A stretch of 64,000 nucleotides of DNA, from contig OZ024742.1 of NCBI GenBank assembly GCA_964016885.1, positions 348,626,001-348,690,000 on the forward strand. Reading direction: 5' to 3'. The stretch is from Eledone cirrhosa. Its lineage: Eukaryota. The translations under genes were made by a program, and so were the position numbers. The first letter of the stretch is position 1. Every line of letters begins with the position of its first letter. The notes below the pieces were generated by a model. That model ran no database searches, was not told the DNA's origin, and saw only the letters and a list, made by a program, of their open reading frames with translations. This document shows, one piece after another, positions 62,841 through 64,000 of the stretch.

Positions 62841-64000
62841 TACTGATGTGTGGTTGGACAGTTAAGTTGTTCTACTCAGGTGTGGTTGGACAGTTAAGGT
62901 GTTCTACTGATATGTGGTTGGTTAGTTAAGGTGTTCTACTCAGGTGTGGTTGGACAGTTAAGGTGTTCTACTGATGTGTGGTTGGTTAGTTAAGGTGTTC
63001 TACTCAAGTGTAGGTGAACAGTTAAGGTGTTCTATTCAGGTGTAGTTGGACAGTTAAGGTGTTCTACTCAGGTGTGGTTGAACAGTTAAGGCGTTCTACT
63101 CAGGTGTAGTTGGACAGTTAAGGTGTTCTACTCAGGTGTAGTTGGACAGTTAAGGTGTTCTATTCAGGTGTAGATGGATAGTTAAGGTGTTCTACTCAGG
63201 TGTAGGTGAACAGTTAAGGTGTTCTATTCAGCTGTAGTTGAACAGTTAATGTGTTCTATTCAGGTGTGGTTGGTTAGTTAAGGTGCTCTACTCAGGTGTA
63301 GATGGACAGTTAAGGTGTTCTACTCAGGTGTAGATGGACAGTTAAGGTGTTCTACTCAGGTGTGGTTGGACAGTTAAGGTGTTCTACTCAGGTGTGGTTG
63401 GACAGCTAAGGTGTTCTACTCAGGTGTAGTTGGACAGTTAAGGTGTTCTACTCAAGTGTGGTTGGACAGGTAATGTGTTCTACTCAGGTGTAGATGGACA
63501 GTTAAGGTGTTCTACTGATGTGTGGTTGGTTAGTTAAGGTTTTCTACTCCGGTGTAGTTGGACATTTTAGGTGTTCTACTTATGTGTAGTTGGACAGTTA
63601 AGGTGTTCTACTCAGGTGTGGTTGAACAGATAAGTTGTTCTACTCAAGTGTAGTTGAACAGTTAAGGTTTTCTACTCAGGTGTGGTTGGACAGTTAATGG
63701 GTTCTACTCAGGTGTGGTTGAACAGTTAAGGTGTTCTACTCAGGTGTGGTTGGACAGTTAAGGTGTTCTACTCAGGTGTGGTTGAACAGTTAAGGTATTC
63801 TACTCAGGTGTAGTTGGACAGGTAAGGTTTTCTATTCAGGTGTGGTTGAACAGTTAAGGTGTTCTACTCAGGTGTGGTTGGACAGTGAAGGTGTTCTACT
63901 CAGGTGTAGTTGAACAGTTAAGGTGTTCTACTCAGGTGTAGTTGGACATTTAAGGTGTTCTATTCAGGTGTGGTTGAACAGTTAAGGTGTTCTACTGATG

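Larger units (their letters stand above)
1..64000 (+). repeat. Tandem satellite array of a 32-bp monomer (TCAGGTGTRGTTGRACAGTTAAGGTGTTCTAY), about 2,000 copies, single orientation
   Basis: The unit is readable from base 1 to base 64000. Phase is exact over long stretches: TCAGG at 10418 and 18162 differ by 242x32, and at 52988 and 63964 by 343x32. No non-repeat sequence longer than about 7 nt was seen. Confidence 0.99.

Noticed and set aside
1-64000. CRISPR array (32-bp, partly palindromic repeat)
   Set aside because: The repeats abut directly with no unique spacers, and there is no leader or cas gene.
1-64000. Great-ape 32-bp subterminal satellite (pCht/StSat)
   Set aside because: Only the unit length is shared. 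That satellite is AT-rich and, as I recall its consensus, does not resemble this monomer. Not checked by alignment.
1-64000. True telomerase-made telomere tract with a long unit
   Set aside because: The many stable variant types, multi-kb duplications and length of at least 64 kb indicate recombinational satellite turnover rather than copying from one RNA template.
1-64000. Repetitive protein-coding exon, or an array of recombination sites or cassettes (attC, shufflon, DGR)
   Set aside because: There is no long ORF on either strand, no cargo between repeats, no inversions, and no recombinase or reverse transcriptase gene in the window.
1-64000. Sequencing artefact, rolling-circle concatemer or synthetic DNA
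   Set aside because: Rare variants and indels recur in consistent nested blocks with arithmetically consistent offsets, which fits an evolved array. Individual block copy numbers could still be misassembled.
1-64000. TTAA sites as piggyBac footprints and CAGGTG E-boxes as a regulatory array
   Set aside because: These short motifs are simply part of the monomer. No element ends, insertions or nearby gene support a function.

Overview
The whole 64-kb window is one uninterrupted head-to-tail array of about 2,000 copies of a 32-bp satellite-type monomer. The consensus is TCAGGTGT[A/G]GTTG[G/A]ACAGTTAAGGTGTTCTA[C/T], about 44% GC and G/T-rich on the + strand. The array runs off both ends of the window. 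I see no credible genes, RNA genes, transposon insertions, inversions or CRISPR spacers. The two listed ORFs are chance read-throughs in duplicated variant monomers. What is informative is the internal structure: a small set of variant monomers in a recurring order, nested duplications from 4 to about 140 monomers whose offsets are whole monomers plus countable indels, regionally confined variants, indels at internal microhomologies, and a built-in dyad and GG-run pattern. I cannot identify the organism or a named satellite family from the sequence alone. Eukaryotic heterochromatin is the most likely origin (inference). All offsets were counted by hand from rare marker variants.
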